Assembly (NCBI GenBank): GCA_964581605.1
Contig: CAZOPF010000001.1
Span: 45,786-109,785, forward strand
Direction: 5' to 3'
DNA from: an uncultured Ardenticatenaceae bacterium
GTDB lineage: Bacteria; Chloroflexota; Anaerolineae; Promineifilales; Promineifilaceae
Length of the DNA: 64,000 bases
Position 1 is the first letter of the stretch; every line of letters starts with the position of its first letter. Below are positions 23,201 to 30,112 of this stretch, piece by piece. The position numbers and the translations under genes are program-made. Under the pieces are notes generated by a model. That model made no database searches. It was not told where the DNA came from and worked only from the letters and a program-made list of their open reading frames with translations.

Positions 23201-23830
23201 GGTATGAATAGCAGTACCATCAATTATTTTGATCGTCCCTGGACAAAAACAGAAACGCCAGAAATGATAGAGGTATTGGCGCGTTGGAGCCGTCTGCCCA
23301 TTGAGGCACTGCCCATGCGCTTCTCCTTTGCCACGTTTGCCTCCATGGCCCACCTGCTGCAACCGGAAGCGCCCACGCTCATTGCAGATGTCGCCAACGA
23401 TAAACGGTTGAGCAAAGAGGCGGCCGCCTTTTTCCAGAATTTCTTTCAGGCGGAAAGTCTGGTTTTCATGCCGTTGCTCAGTGGGTCGCAATGGGTGGGT
23501 TTCATCAATGCTATTTATGACCAAAAGACCCCATTCCCGGAGATAGAAATTCGTCGCCTCACCGTGTTGAGCCAGCAGGCCACTGTCGCCATTCAAAGTA
23601 TCCGCCTCTTTGCCCAGGCCCAGGCGCGGGCCGAACGTGAACGCCAGGTGCGTACCATCACGGATAAAATTCGGCGTGGCAATGATCGGGAGGCTATCCT
23701 GCGTATTGCCCGCGAAGAATTGAGCGTGTTGTTGGGCGCTTCAAAATCTGTGGTGCATTTAGGCGTGCCAGAGCAGTTACTACCCACCGTGGCAAATCTG
23801 GAGCAATCGCCAACGGGCCATGGTGAGTGA
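17273..23830 (+). CDS. Cytoplasmic multi-PAS/multi-GAF sensor protein (~2185 aa) without an output domain
   Basis: The ORF track starts at 17189, overlapping the upstream gene. ATG 17273 has AGGAG 8 nt upstream and lies 10 nt after the upstream stop. Four tandem N-terminal PAS domains (e.g. YRTIMESIEDGYYEADLDGSFTFMN), two further PAS, canonical GAFs (LPHPLLPNTRAELAVPM, LPHPLLPDTKSELAVPM) and three FDRLGL/FERIGL-type GAF-like modules. Tail QVRTITDKIRRGNDREAILRIAREEL. No TM segments. Confidence 0.88.
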   Translation: MAIRNKPNEMVMPEPDVLLEQRVAVFQPMLEISPDPSIIYDAIGQVVYVNPAFSQVFGWELSELIGHRLDFVPEERKEETAIAINALLQNGVATNFITKRLTKDGRVLDVQTSAIVLREHDSPMFGSLVMIRDITAQKEAERSLRASEIRYREMLESTPDAYYEVDLSGAITYYSPGLAEVLGYPEEELLGLSNRDYANTANARQIYEAFNQVYHTGQPAKAILMHTIRKDGTPQILETSIALRKDESGNTIGFRGIARDVTGLVRKRQEAEEALSHSEERYGTILQTIEDGYYETNLKGDFTFVNEQWAAIHGCSVAEMLGTNYKDYTIPDRVDAIYAQFNRVYDSGEPVKSLVNEIATKDGRYCHLEISASLVRDNDGQPIGFCGIGRDVTDRIQNEAQLRESEARYRTIMESIEDGYYEADLDGSFTFMNDQLCEVIGYPRHELMGKNYRDYTTPETAERVFATFNQVYKTGEPVNGFVWEAFGKDGRIRHLETFILPRFNEAGETIGFRGVGRDITQRVQAEEALAEALIDQERIASQLATVAKVSTAVSTILDPQEMLLAVVDQVKESFNLYHTHVYLLNEAGDTLELVAGAGEVGRQMVQEGRSIPLTQEQSLVARAARSRSGIIANDVRKDPHFLPHPLLPNTRAELAVPMIVGNQVLGVLDMQADTTNRFTQRYVNIQTTLATQIAVALQNARLYAQAQRQTVELQETSALLDQVVEILPVGLFMKEAENLRFVRWNKANEEITGLKHAEVIGKNDYDFFAKEQADFFTSKDREVLGGRAMVDIAQEAIGTAHRGQRLLHTRKLPILGADGTPRYLLGVSEDITERHQAEETLQASLALQQTLHDISLELTRAETLKELLQQAILLGHQRLNFDRLGLYLFERETRRFTGTFGTDKQGNLIDERDSVFDISEEDYLAQFSDIRQRVFVRHDAELYDAKQVAGRGWHLTVPLWQSDQFVGALFADNLVSQRPLQPYEPDLLVAYGSTIASLIERKQVELTLQETNTRAQAILESVTMPMLISRVANGRILYANELLADLVNMPLAILLEQGTPDFYVRADDRAAVVSEIQAKGSVTSYELELKRTNGEHFWALLSARLFSYQNEPAILTTLIDITERKQAQEAIRQSEQDIQESLRLQQTLHEVGLELAKVESLDELFRQAIVLGTSQLNFERIGLFTYNKATNQFSGTYGRDMQSNLRDEKEFSFTFPEEDFNLRFGDIRRRVVVERGVPLYDFGLLLGHGWHLTAPIWQNDELIGALFAQEPTNPGRPLKPYEADLLASYGALLANLIERLQNQLAVQESLRMQQTLHEINLELSQADSMDDLFRQVIHLGEKRLNLERFALFLYNEAQNNFSGTYGIDKNGNLRDEHGAEYVISVPEIVDYFRDTKQRILIQEACDLWDDGVVVGQGWLVTVPVRQGNRLVGILFTDNLISQRPLSPYLRDIVIAYSNLIANLMERKQAEGSVTAALAETERLYEMSARLNTATSISEIMEAVVGPVAGQGLAAANLFLLEVDDNGRPEWMEMAANWVNPGSLFANVNFPIGSRFYLPDLPAARHWIDNPHGLLLYSDVDHDDRLDDATRGLYQLVGIKAGANLPLRTGNRWVGLVTLAWTHTKIFTEDDLRTYRALADQTAIILNNQLLFEQTQKRAAELATVAEVGAAITTIRDVDSLLQRVVDLAKERFSLYHAHIYLLDESENLILTSGAGEVGRRMVAEGRSIPLTQGQSLVARAVRTRQGVIVNDVTADAGFLPHPLLPDTKSELAVPMIVGVEVLGVLDIQASRINHFSEEDIQTQTTLAAQIGVALQNARSFARSEAALKELEEITRRLRREGWESYVQTRGRNGLSYGYDQKEVKALALAASVKSRSRKKDTAVTPTLIHPLQVQGESIGNLMLAEPTALNDDAQDIMTAVAERLSAHIENLRLSEQTEQARQQAEQLFQGSAALNTAQTYEDVLNALRQHTIIGSAGMNSSTINYFDRPWTKTETPEMIEVLARWSRLPIEALPMRFSFATFASMAHLLQPEAPTLIADVANDKRLSKEAAAFFQNFFQAESLVFMPLLSGSQWVGFINAIYDQKTPFPEIEIRRLTVLSQQATVAIQSIRLFAQAQARAERERQVRTITDKIRRGNDREAILRIAREELSVLLGASKSVVHLGVPEQLLPTVANLEQSPTGHGE

Positions 23831-23920
23831 GCAGGTAAAATAAGCGAGAAGTTAACCGGCTGATGGTTGGTATAGGCAGCTAGCCACCAGTCACTAACGA
23901 CCATTTACGAAGGATATAAG

Positions 23921-24295
23921 ATGCCACAACAAGTGACTTTGATTGCCGCTAATATCGTCAAAATTGAGTTTATCGGTGATGTGACCGATGACGATGCCCT
24001 GCAAAACGCGGATCAAATTGATCAATTTATAGCGAATCTACCAGCCGATGAACGGCTTCATTTTTTGGTAGACGCCACGCGGATAGGTAAGATTTCCACC
24101 AGAGCACGCCATGTGTTTACCGAACGAAACAAGAATCCAAGGGTGGGCCACACAGCGATCTTTGGTGTTAACCGGGCACTCAAAGTATTGGGCGTATTTA
24201 TTGCCAAGGCGAGCAAACGAGACAATCTCCATTTTGTCAATGATGAAGCAGAAGGGTTGGCGTGGCTGCAAGAGAAGGCAAACCATAAGTGGTGA
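23921..24295 (+). CDS. Small STAS/SpoIIAA-like fold protein (tentative)
   Basis: 124-aa ORF with GAAGGA upstream of the ATG. The pattern IVKIEFIGDVTDDD....ERLHFLVDATRIGKIS..AR......NPRVGHTAIFGVN resembles STAS/SEC14-like (DUF3478-type) proteins. Assigned from recall of the family pattern only. Confidence 0.5.
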   Translation: MPQQVTLIAANIVKIEFIGDVTDDDALQNADQIDQFIANLPADERLHFLVDATRIGKISTRARHVFTERNKNPRVGHTAIFGVNRALKVLGVFIAKASKRDNLHFVNDEAEGLAWLQEKANHKW

Positions 24296-24332
24296 AGGTA
24301 ATATCACCCATTTTCAGTGAGAGGAATTGGCA

Positions 24333-25610
24333 ATGGCAGATAAGCTGACCTATGCACAGTATAAACGGATGGTGGAAGAGCAAGGACAGGCTATTCTGGA
24401 TGTGTTGGCTCTGGCTGCTACCGGCACGCTGGATGTGGAGCTTGAGATTCCCGAAGGGATCGAGGTGATGTCTGACCTGGCCATCGGGTTTTCTTATCTC
24501 ATGGATGATATTAAGGCCCTGCTCCGGCAGCAGCGTGAATATCAACGAGAACTGGAGCAACGAGTAGCCGAACGCACGGCCGAACTGGAACGGACACTGG
24601 CCGAGCTACGTAGTATGCAAAGCCGGTATGTCCGTGAGCAGTGGGAAGGATATAAGGTGGTAGACACGGCCGTACCCGATGACTCTCTCGACGCGCTCTG
24701 GCTGCCAGCTCTGGCTGAAGCGGTGCAATCACACAAAGCAGTGCATATGGCCCCCGCCGGCCATGGTGTGGCGCTGGCTTTGCCCATCATCTATGCAGAC
24801 GAACCAATTGGTGCGCTGGCTTTAGGCCGGGATGACGATATCCCCTGGGATGAAGAAGAAATAATGGCTGCCCAAGATATCGTAGAGCAGTTGGGTCTGG
24901 CATTGGAAAACCAACGGTTGTTTGATCAGTCACAACAACGGGCAGCGGAACTGGCTATCCTCAATGAAATGGTGGGTGAATTAGCCCAACTCCTGGACGA
25001 AAGCCCCATTCTGGAAGCCATTTATCGCTACAGTTCCCGGCTGATGGATACCACCAATTTTTATGTTGCCATCCACAATAAATACACAAATGAAGTTGCT
25101 TTTCCCATTGCTGTGGAAGATGGCAAACGAGTAACCTGGCGTTCACGGCCGTTTGGTAATGGCATGAGCGAATATCTGCTGCGCACCGGCCAATCCCTTT
25201 TTGTGGAAGATGGGTTGGAAAAGTGGCTGCGCAGCCAGGGTGTGGAATCCATTGGCAGCCCATCCCGGTCCTGGATGGGTGTGCCGCTGCGTGTGGGCAG
25301 CGATGTGGTGGGGCTGATTGCTCTGCAAAGTTTGCAGCCTCGTTTTTATACACGAGAACAATTCGACCTGCTCAACGCCGTGGCCAACCAGGCTGCCATT
25401 GCCATTCAAAATGCCCGCCAATTCCAACAGGAACAGGCACGTGCCCAACGCCAGCAAATGCTGCGTGAAATAGCCGCAAAGGTTCGTGGTTCGGCCGATG
25501 TAGATACGATTATGCGCACGGCCGTGCAAGAAATCGGCCAGGCATTGGGGCGGCAAGCCTACATTTACCTGGGCGCTCAAACTACCCAAACGGCCGATGA
25601 GGATGCCTGA
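24333..25610 (+). CDS. Soluble GAF protein with a REGW-type module and the conserved tail; no output domain
   Basis: The ORF track begins at TTG 24327. ATG 24333 lies 9 nt after GAGAGG. N-terminal coiled coil (QRELEQRVAERTAELERTLAELR). Module YVREQWEGY..LPIIYADEPIGALAL. GAF of the LAILNEMV...SWMGVPLRVGSDVVGLIALQS type. Tail MLREIAAKVRGSADVDTIMRTAVQEIG. Confidence 0.85.
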   Translation: MADKLTYAQYKRMVEEQGQAILDVLALAATGTLDVELEIPEGIEVMSDLAIGFSYLMDDIKALLRQQREYQRELEQRVAERTAELERTLAELRSMQSRYVREQWEGYKVVDTAVPDDSLDALWLPALAEAVQSHKAVHMAPAGHGVALALPIIYADEPIGALALGRDDDIPWDEEEIMAAQDIVEQLGLALENQRLFDQSQQRAAELAILNEMVGELAQLLDESPILEAIYRYSSRLMDTTNFYVAIHNKYTNEVAFPIAVEDGKRVTWRSRPFGNGMSEYLLRTGQSLFVEDGLEKWLRSQGVESIGSPSRSWMGVPLRVGSDVVGLIALQSLQPRFYTREQFDLLNAVANQAAIAIQNARQFQQEQARAQRQQMLREIAAKVRGSADVDTIMRTAVQEIGQALGRQAYIYLGAQTTQTADEDA

Positions 25611-28600
25611 TATGAGTAAGACAAATAATCACAACCTCTACCAGATTCTCTTTCAACAATCAAAAGATGGCGTTTTTATCATCAATAGCGAAGGCACCGT
25701 GGCCGACGCCAATGACGCTTTTTTGGAAATGGTGGGTTATACGGCCGCCCAAATCAAAAAGCTCAACGTATCCCAACTGATTGCTGAAGAAGAACTGCAA
25801 ATACTGACCAACGCCTTGCTGCGCGAAAATGCCGTTCGTGATTATTTGTTGCCCATTCGTCGCCACAATGGTCATGTACTGGAAGTGTTGACCTCCATAA
25901 CCGTGCAGCATGATGCCAATGGGCAAATACAAAACTATCTGGGCATTGTCCGCGAACTCCATTGGCGACAACAAGCCAACCGTGATTTTCAACAAAAACT
26001 ACGCACACTCCAACGTGTCACCACCGAGCTGGACCGCGCGACATCACTAGATGAGCTATATCGCCGGGCTATTGAATTTGGACACAATGATTTGGGCTTT
26101 GAACGCATGGGCCTGCTGCTGCTGGATGAGCATACCGGCTACATGCGGGGCACTTATGGCATCAATGAATTCGGGCAAATTGTGGACGAACATGATCTTT
26201 TTGTGCCACCTGACGAACGTCATCTGGAGCTGGTACGGGCCAAAGGGCGTTCCATCTTGTATGAAGATGTGCCCCTGTTTACCGGCGGCAAAGAGACTGG
26301 CCGAGGCTGGAACGCCATTGCTGTTTTGTGGGATGGCGAACAGGGGGTTGGCTGGCTGGCGGCCGATAATGGCCTCACCGGCGAGCCACCGTCCGAATAT
26401 GTATTAGACATCCTGACGTTATATGGAGATACCATTGGGCATCTGATCAGCCGCAAATTACATGAAGAATCCGAACGATTGTTTCAACAAAAACTGCAAA
26501 TTTTGCAGGAGGTTAATCTAGAACTTTCACGGGTTCAAGATATGGGTGAGTTATATCGCCGGGCGATTGAACGTGGACGAGATGCTCTTGGGTTTGATCG
26601 TATCGGCCTGCTTATGTATGACCAGTCTACCAATACCATGCAGGGCACATTTGGTACAGATGACAAAGGCCAACTGCGTGATGAACAGTATTTCCAGCAA
26701 GCAGTAACAGACCCGGATGTATTAGCTATTATTGTAGAGAAGAAGCGGCTGGGCTTTTGGCAAACCAAACCCTTGATGGATGAAGGGAAACCGGTGGGCA
26801 AGGGGTGGAATGCAATGGCCCCCTTGTGGTATGAAGATAGAATTTTAGGCTGGCTGGCGGCCGATAATTTGCTTAAACGTGAACCTCTGCTTTCTTTCCA
26901 ACCCGATCTACTGGCCTTGTATGCAGCCACGTTAGCCCATCTGATTGTGCGGTTGCAGGCGGCCGAAAACCTGCGTAAACAAGAGACCTTGTTGCGCCTG
27001 GTGCTGGATACTATTCCCCAATCTGTTTTTTGGAAGGATCGCAACTCAATTTATTTGGGTAGTAACCTGAACTTTGCCGCCGCCGCCGGGCTTCCTGCCC
27101 CGGAATATCTGGTGGGCAAATCCGATTATGATTTCTGGCCGCGGGAGCAGGCAGATATCTTTGTGGAAACTGATCGGCGGGTAATGCAGGGACATGAACC
27201 CTTGCTAGGAATCATAGAGTCCATTCCGCAGGCTGATGGTACCGTCGTCTGGGCAGAAACGAATAAAGCGCCACTGTATGATGTGCAGGGCAATGTTATT
27301 GGTGTCCTGGGTACATCCGAAAACATTACTAAACGCAAACAGGCTGAAGAGACGCTGTATCAGTCGCAGCAACAACTGGCTGAATCACTGGCCAGGCGTG
27401 AACGTGAAGTGGCCCTGGCTACCCAAATTGCCCAGGAAATTGCCAGTGCGGCTGATCTGAATGAGCTTTATGAAGGCGCGGTGGCCCAAATTCACGAGCA
27501 ATTTGGCTATTACCATACCCAACTGCTCCGTTATGATGCGGCTATGCAAACACTGGCGCTGGCGGTAGGTTATGGTGAAGTGGGCCAGAAGATGCTGGGA
27601 ATGCACCATTCGGTACCGGTGGGTGTGGGGCTTATTGGTAAAGCGGCCGCTACGGGGAAATCTATCTTGCGTGCGGATCTCACCGCCGATCCAGACTATC
27701 GCCCCAATCCTTTGCTGCCTGATACAAAAGGAGAATTGGCCATACCTATCAAGTTGCGAGATGAAGTGCTGGGTGTGCTGGACATACAAAGCAATCGAGT
27801 TAATGCCCTCAATGCCAATGACCAGTTAGTTTTGGAAGGGTTGTGTGGGCAAGTGGCGGTGGCTATTGAAGGTACAATTTTGCGCCAGGAGATGGAGTCT
27901 CGCTTACGTGAATTGAACGTGTTGCAGCGGCAAATGACGCGCGAGGGCTGGCGTGAATACCAGTCTGCCCGACCAGATTTGCCTGGTTATCAATATGATC
28001 ATGCCGGCGTGCAATTGTTGGCAGAGGGGATGATGCCCCAGACGAACGGCCATACTAATGGCACCGCAAAACGCAAACAGGGGGGTACGGCCGTGACCGC
28101 TGCCACCCTCCCCTTACAAATCCGCAACGAAACAATAGGCTTCCTGGGCATCCAGTCCCCCCCGGATAAACCCCTCACCCCAGACGAGCAGGAATTTCTG
28201 GACGCCGTCTCCAAAGAAGTGGCCGAAGCACTGGAGGCCGCCCGCCTCTTTGAGCAAACCCAGGACGCCCTATCCGAACAAGAACGCCTCACGGCCGAAC
28301 TGGAAACCGTAGCCCAGGTTAGCACTGTTGCCTCCACCATCCTGGAAGCGGATGCCCTGTTGCAAGCCGTAGTAGACCTGTCCAAGACCAGCTTCAACCT
28401 TTACCACGTCCACATCTACCTGCTCAACGAAACCGGCCGTAAGCTCACCCTTAAAGCAGGGGCCGGCAATGTTGGCCGACTGATGGCCCTGGAGGGGCGC
28501 GAAATTGCCATTGATGCTGATTCTTTGGTGGCACGCGCCGCCCGTACCCGCCAGGGTGTGCTGGAAAACAACGTCCGCAAGACAGTAGACTTTCTGCCAC

Positions 28601-29544
28601 ATCCCTTGCTGCCACACACCCAGGCCGAGATGGCCGTGCCCATGGTTTTGGGTGACAAACTCGTTGGCGTCCTTGACTTGCAATCAGACAAAGTTGACAG
28701 CTTCACCCCCGAAGACCTGAAAATCCAACGTACCCTGGCCTCCCAGATCGCTATCGCCATTGAAAACGCCCGCCAGTACGCCGAACAGGTGGAAACATCC
28801 AAGAAACTGCGCGAGGTAGACCAGCTCAAATCCGAATTCCTGGCCAGCATGAGCCATGAACTCCGCACCCCGCTCAATTCCATCATCGGTTTTGCCGATG
28901 TGCTGCTGGAAGGGTTAGACGGCGACCTGAACGAACGCATGGAAGAAGATGTGCGCCTCATTCGGGAGAGCGGCCGTCACCTGCGCGAACTCATCGGCGA
29001 TATTCTGGACATGTCCAAAATCGAAGCCGGCCGCATGGAACTGCGTTACGAAGATGTGGATATGCGGCAAATGGCCAACGACATCATGGCTACTGCGCAA
29101 CCGCTGGCCCAACAAAAGAACCTGGATATGTACCTCGACCTGGATAGCCGCGTAACCACCGTTCGTGCCGATCGCACGCGTATCCGCCAGGTATTGTGGA
29201 ACATCATGGGCAATGCCATCAAATTCACTGAAAAAGGGAGCGTCTCCCTCTCCATGCACGATCAAGGTAGCCATTTACTCATTGCCATCCGCGACACCGG
29301 CATTGGCATTAAGGAAGAAAATATACCGATTGTTTTTGAGCAGTTCCGGCAAATTGACGGCGGGCTAAACCGCGCGGCTGGCGGCACCGGCTTGGGCATG
29401 CCCATCACCAAAAAACTGGTAGAAATACATGGTGGCGACATCTGGATTGAAAGTGTGTACGGCCAGGGCAGCACCTTCTTCTTCACACTGCCCTATGTAC
29501 CTCCCGTAAACAGACCCGGCACTGGCCCACTGTCCGCTTCCTAA
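25597..29544 (+). CDS. Cytoplasmic PAS/GAF sensor histidine kinase (HisKA + HATPase_c)
   Basis: 1315-aa ORF. Candidate starts are ATG 25597, 25603 and 25612; 25597 overlaps the upstream stop by 14 nt. PAS, two FERMGL/FDRIGL-type GAF-like modules, PAS, GAF, REGW-type module, GAF. H-box SEFLASMSHELRTPLNSIIGF (His codon 28855-28857). N box NIMGNAIKFT. G boxes DTGIGI and GTGLGMPITKKLVEIHGG. Confidence 0.95.
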   Translation: MRMPDMSKTNNHNLYQILFQQSKDGVFIINSEGTVADANDAFLEMVGYTAAQIKKLNVSQLIAEEELQILTNALLRENAVRDYLLPIRRHNGHVLEVLTSITVQHDANGQIQNYLGIVRELHWRQQANRDFQQKLRTLQRVTTELDRATSLDELYRRAIEFGHNDLGFERMGLLLLDEHTGYMRGTYGINEFGQIVDEHDLFVPPDERHLELVRAKGRSILYEDVPLFTGGKETGRGWNAIAVLWDGEQGVGWLAADNGLTGEPPSEYVLDILTLYGDTIGHLISRKLHEESERLFQQKLQILQEVNLELSRVQDMGELYRRAIERGRDALGFDRIGLLMYDQSTNTMQGTFGTDDKGQLRDEQYFQQAVTDPDVLAIIVEKKRLGFWQTKPLMDEGKPVGKGWNAMAPLWYEDRILGWLAADNLLKREPLLSFQPDLLALYAATLAHLIVRLQAAENLRKQETLLRLVLDTIPQSVFWKDRNSIYLGSNLNFAAAAGLPAPEYLVGKSDYDFWPREQADIFVETDRRVMQGHEPLLGIIESIPQADGTVVWAETNKAPLYDVQGNVIGVLGTSENITKRKQAEETLYQSQQQLAESLARREREVALATQIAQEIASAADLNELYEGAVAQIHEQFGYYHTQLLRYDAAMQTLALAVGYGEVGQKMLGMHHSVPVGVGLIGKAAATGKSILRADLTADPDYRPNPLLPDTKGELAIPIKLRDEVLGVLDIQSNRVNALNANDQLVLEGLCGQVAVAIEGTILRQEMESRLRELNVLQRQMTREGWREYQSARPDLPGYQYDHAGVQLLAEGMMPQTNGHTNGTAKRKQGGTAVTAATLPLQIRNETIGFLGIQSPPDKPLTPDEQEFLDAVSKEVAEALEAARLFEQTQDALSEQERLTAELETVAQVSTVASTILEADALLQAVVDLSKTSFNLYHVHIYLLNETGRKLTLKAGAGNVGRLMALEGREIAIDADSLVARAARTRQGVLENNVRKTVDFLPHPLLPHTQAEMAVPMVLGDKLVGVLDLQSDKVDSFTPEDLKIQRTLASQIAIAIENARQYAEQVETSKKLREVDQLKSEFLASMSHELRTPLNSIIGFADVLLEGLDGDLNERMEEDVRLIRESGRHLRELIGDILDMSKIEAGRMELRYEDVDMRQMANDIMATAQPLAQQKNLDMYLDLDSRVTTVRADRTRIRQVLWNIMGNAIKFTEKGSVSLSMHDQGSHLLIAIRDTGIGIKEENIPIVFEQFRQIDGGLNRAAGGTGLGMPITKKLVEIHGGDIWIESVYGQGSTFFFTLPYVPPVNRPGTGPLSAS

Positions 29545-29595
29545 AATCGGCTCTATGCACAAGAAGTTGAACTTCTCTTCTTCTAAATCGGCAGT

Positions 29596-29624
29596 TTGCA
29601 CCTGAAATTTGGCAGCATTATTGT
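29596..29624 (+). promoter_or_regulatory. Weak candidate internal promoter for the receiver gene (TTGCAC-17 nt-TATTGT)
   Basis: -35 at 29596-29601 and -10 at 29619-29624 with a 17-nt spacer. It overlaps the second copy of a CTAAA(A)TCGGC..T.TGCAC direct repeat. Confidence 0.25.
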
Positions 29625-29689
29625 TACAATTGGTTGTTCATGGATCAGGCAAGTAGATGAAGTTGTAGAAATATAGTTAAAGAGGAATT

Positions 29690-30073
29690 ATGGAAGGTAC
29701 ACGTAAAAAAGTGATGTGCGTTGAAGACAATTCAGTCAATATGCTGTTGGTCTCGCGCATTGTGGAAGCTGAGGGGCATGAATTGGTGCAGGCTGTTGAT
29801 GGCTATGCCGCTCGTGATATTTTGAAAGAGATGGTGCCGGATATCATCTTGCTGGATATTAACTTGCCCGGCGTTTCTGGTTTGGAATTGGCGCGTGAGT
29901 TTAAGTCGGATGTCCGGTTGACAAAAGTGCCACTGATTGCCACAACAGCCCAGGTATTGGTGGGAGATAGGGAGCGCTGTTTGGAGGCTGGCTGTGATGA
30001 TTATCTGCCCAAACCATTAGACATACGGAAGCTGCGCGAAGTGCTGCGATTTTATTTGAATAACGGCCAATAA
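29690..30073 (+). CDS. Single-domain response regulator (CheY-like receiver)
   Basis: 127 aa with AAAGAGGAA 5 nt upstream of the ATG. Motifs KVMCVEDN and DIILLDINLPGVSG (acceptor Asp codon 29855-29857), PLIATTA, and DDYLPKPLD with the conserved Lys. No output domain. Confidence 0.95.
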   Translation: MEGTRKKVMCVEDNSVNMLLVSRIVEAEGHELVQAVDGYAARDILKEMVPDIILLDINLPGVSGLELAREFKSDVRLTKVPLIATTAQVLVGDRERCLEAGCDDYLPKPLDIRKLREVLRFYLNNGQ

Positions 30074-30081
30074 ATGGATAA

Positions 30082-30112
30082 AGAACCCGGTTTTAATCAG
30101 AAACCGGGTTCT
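30082..30112. terminator. Bidirectional hairpin between the convergent receiver and methyltransferase genes
   Basis: Perfect 12-bp stem AGAACCCGGTTT / AAACCGGGTTCT with a 7-nt loop. The methyltransferase stop codon lies in the loop and its last codons form the right arm. T-richness follows on the + strand. Confidence 0.6.
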
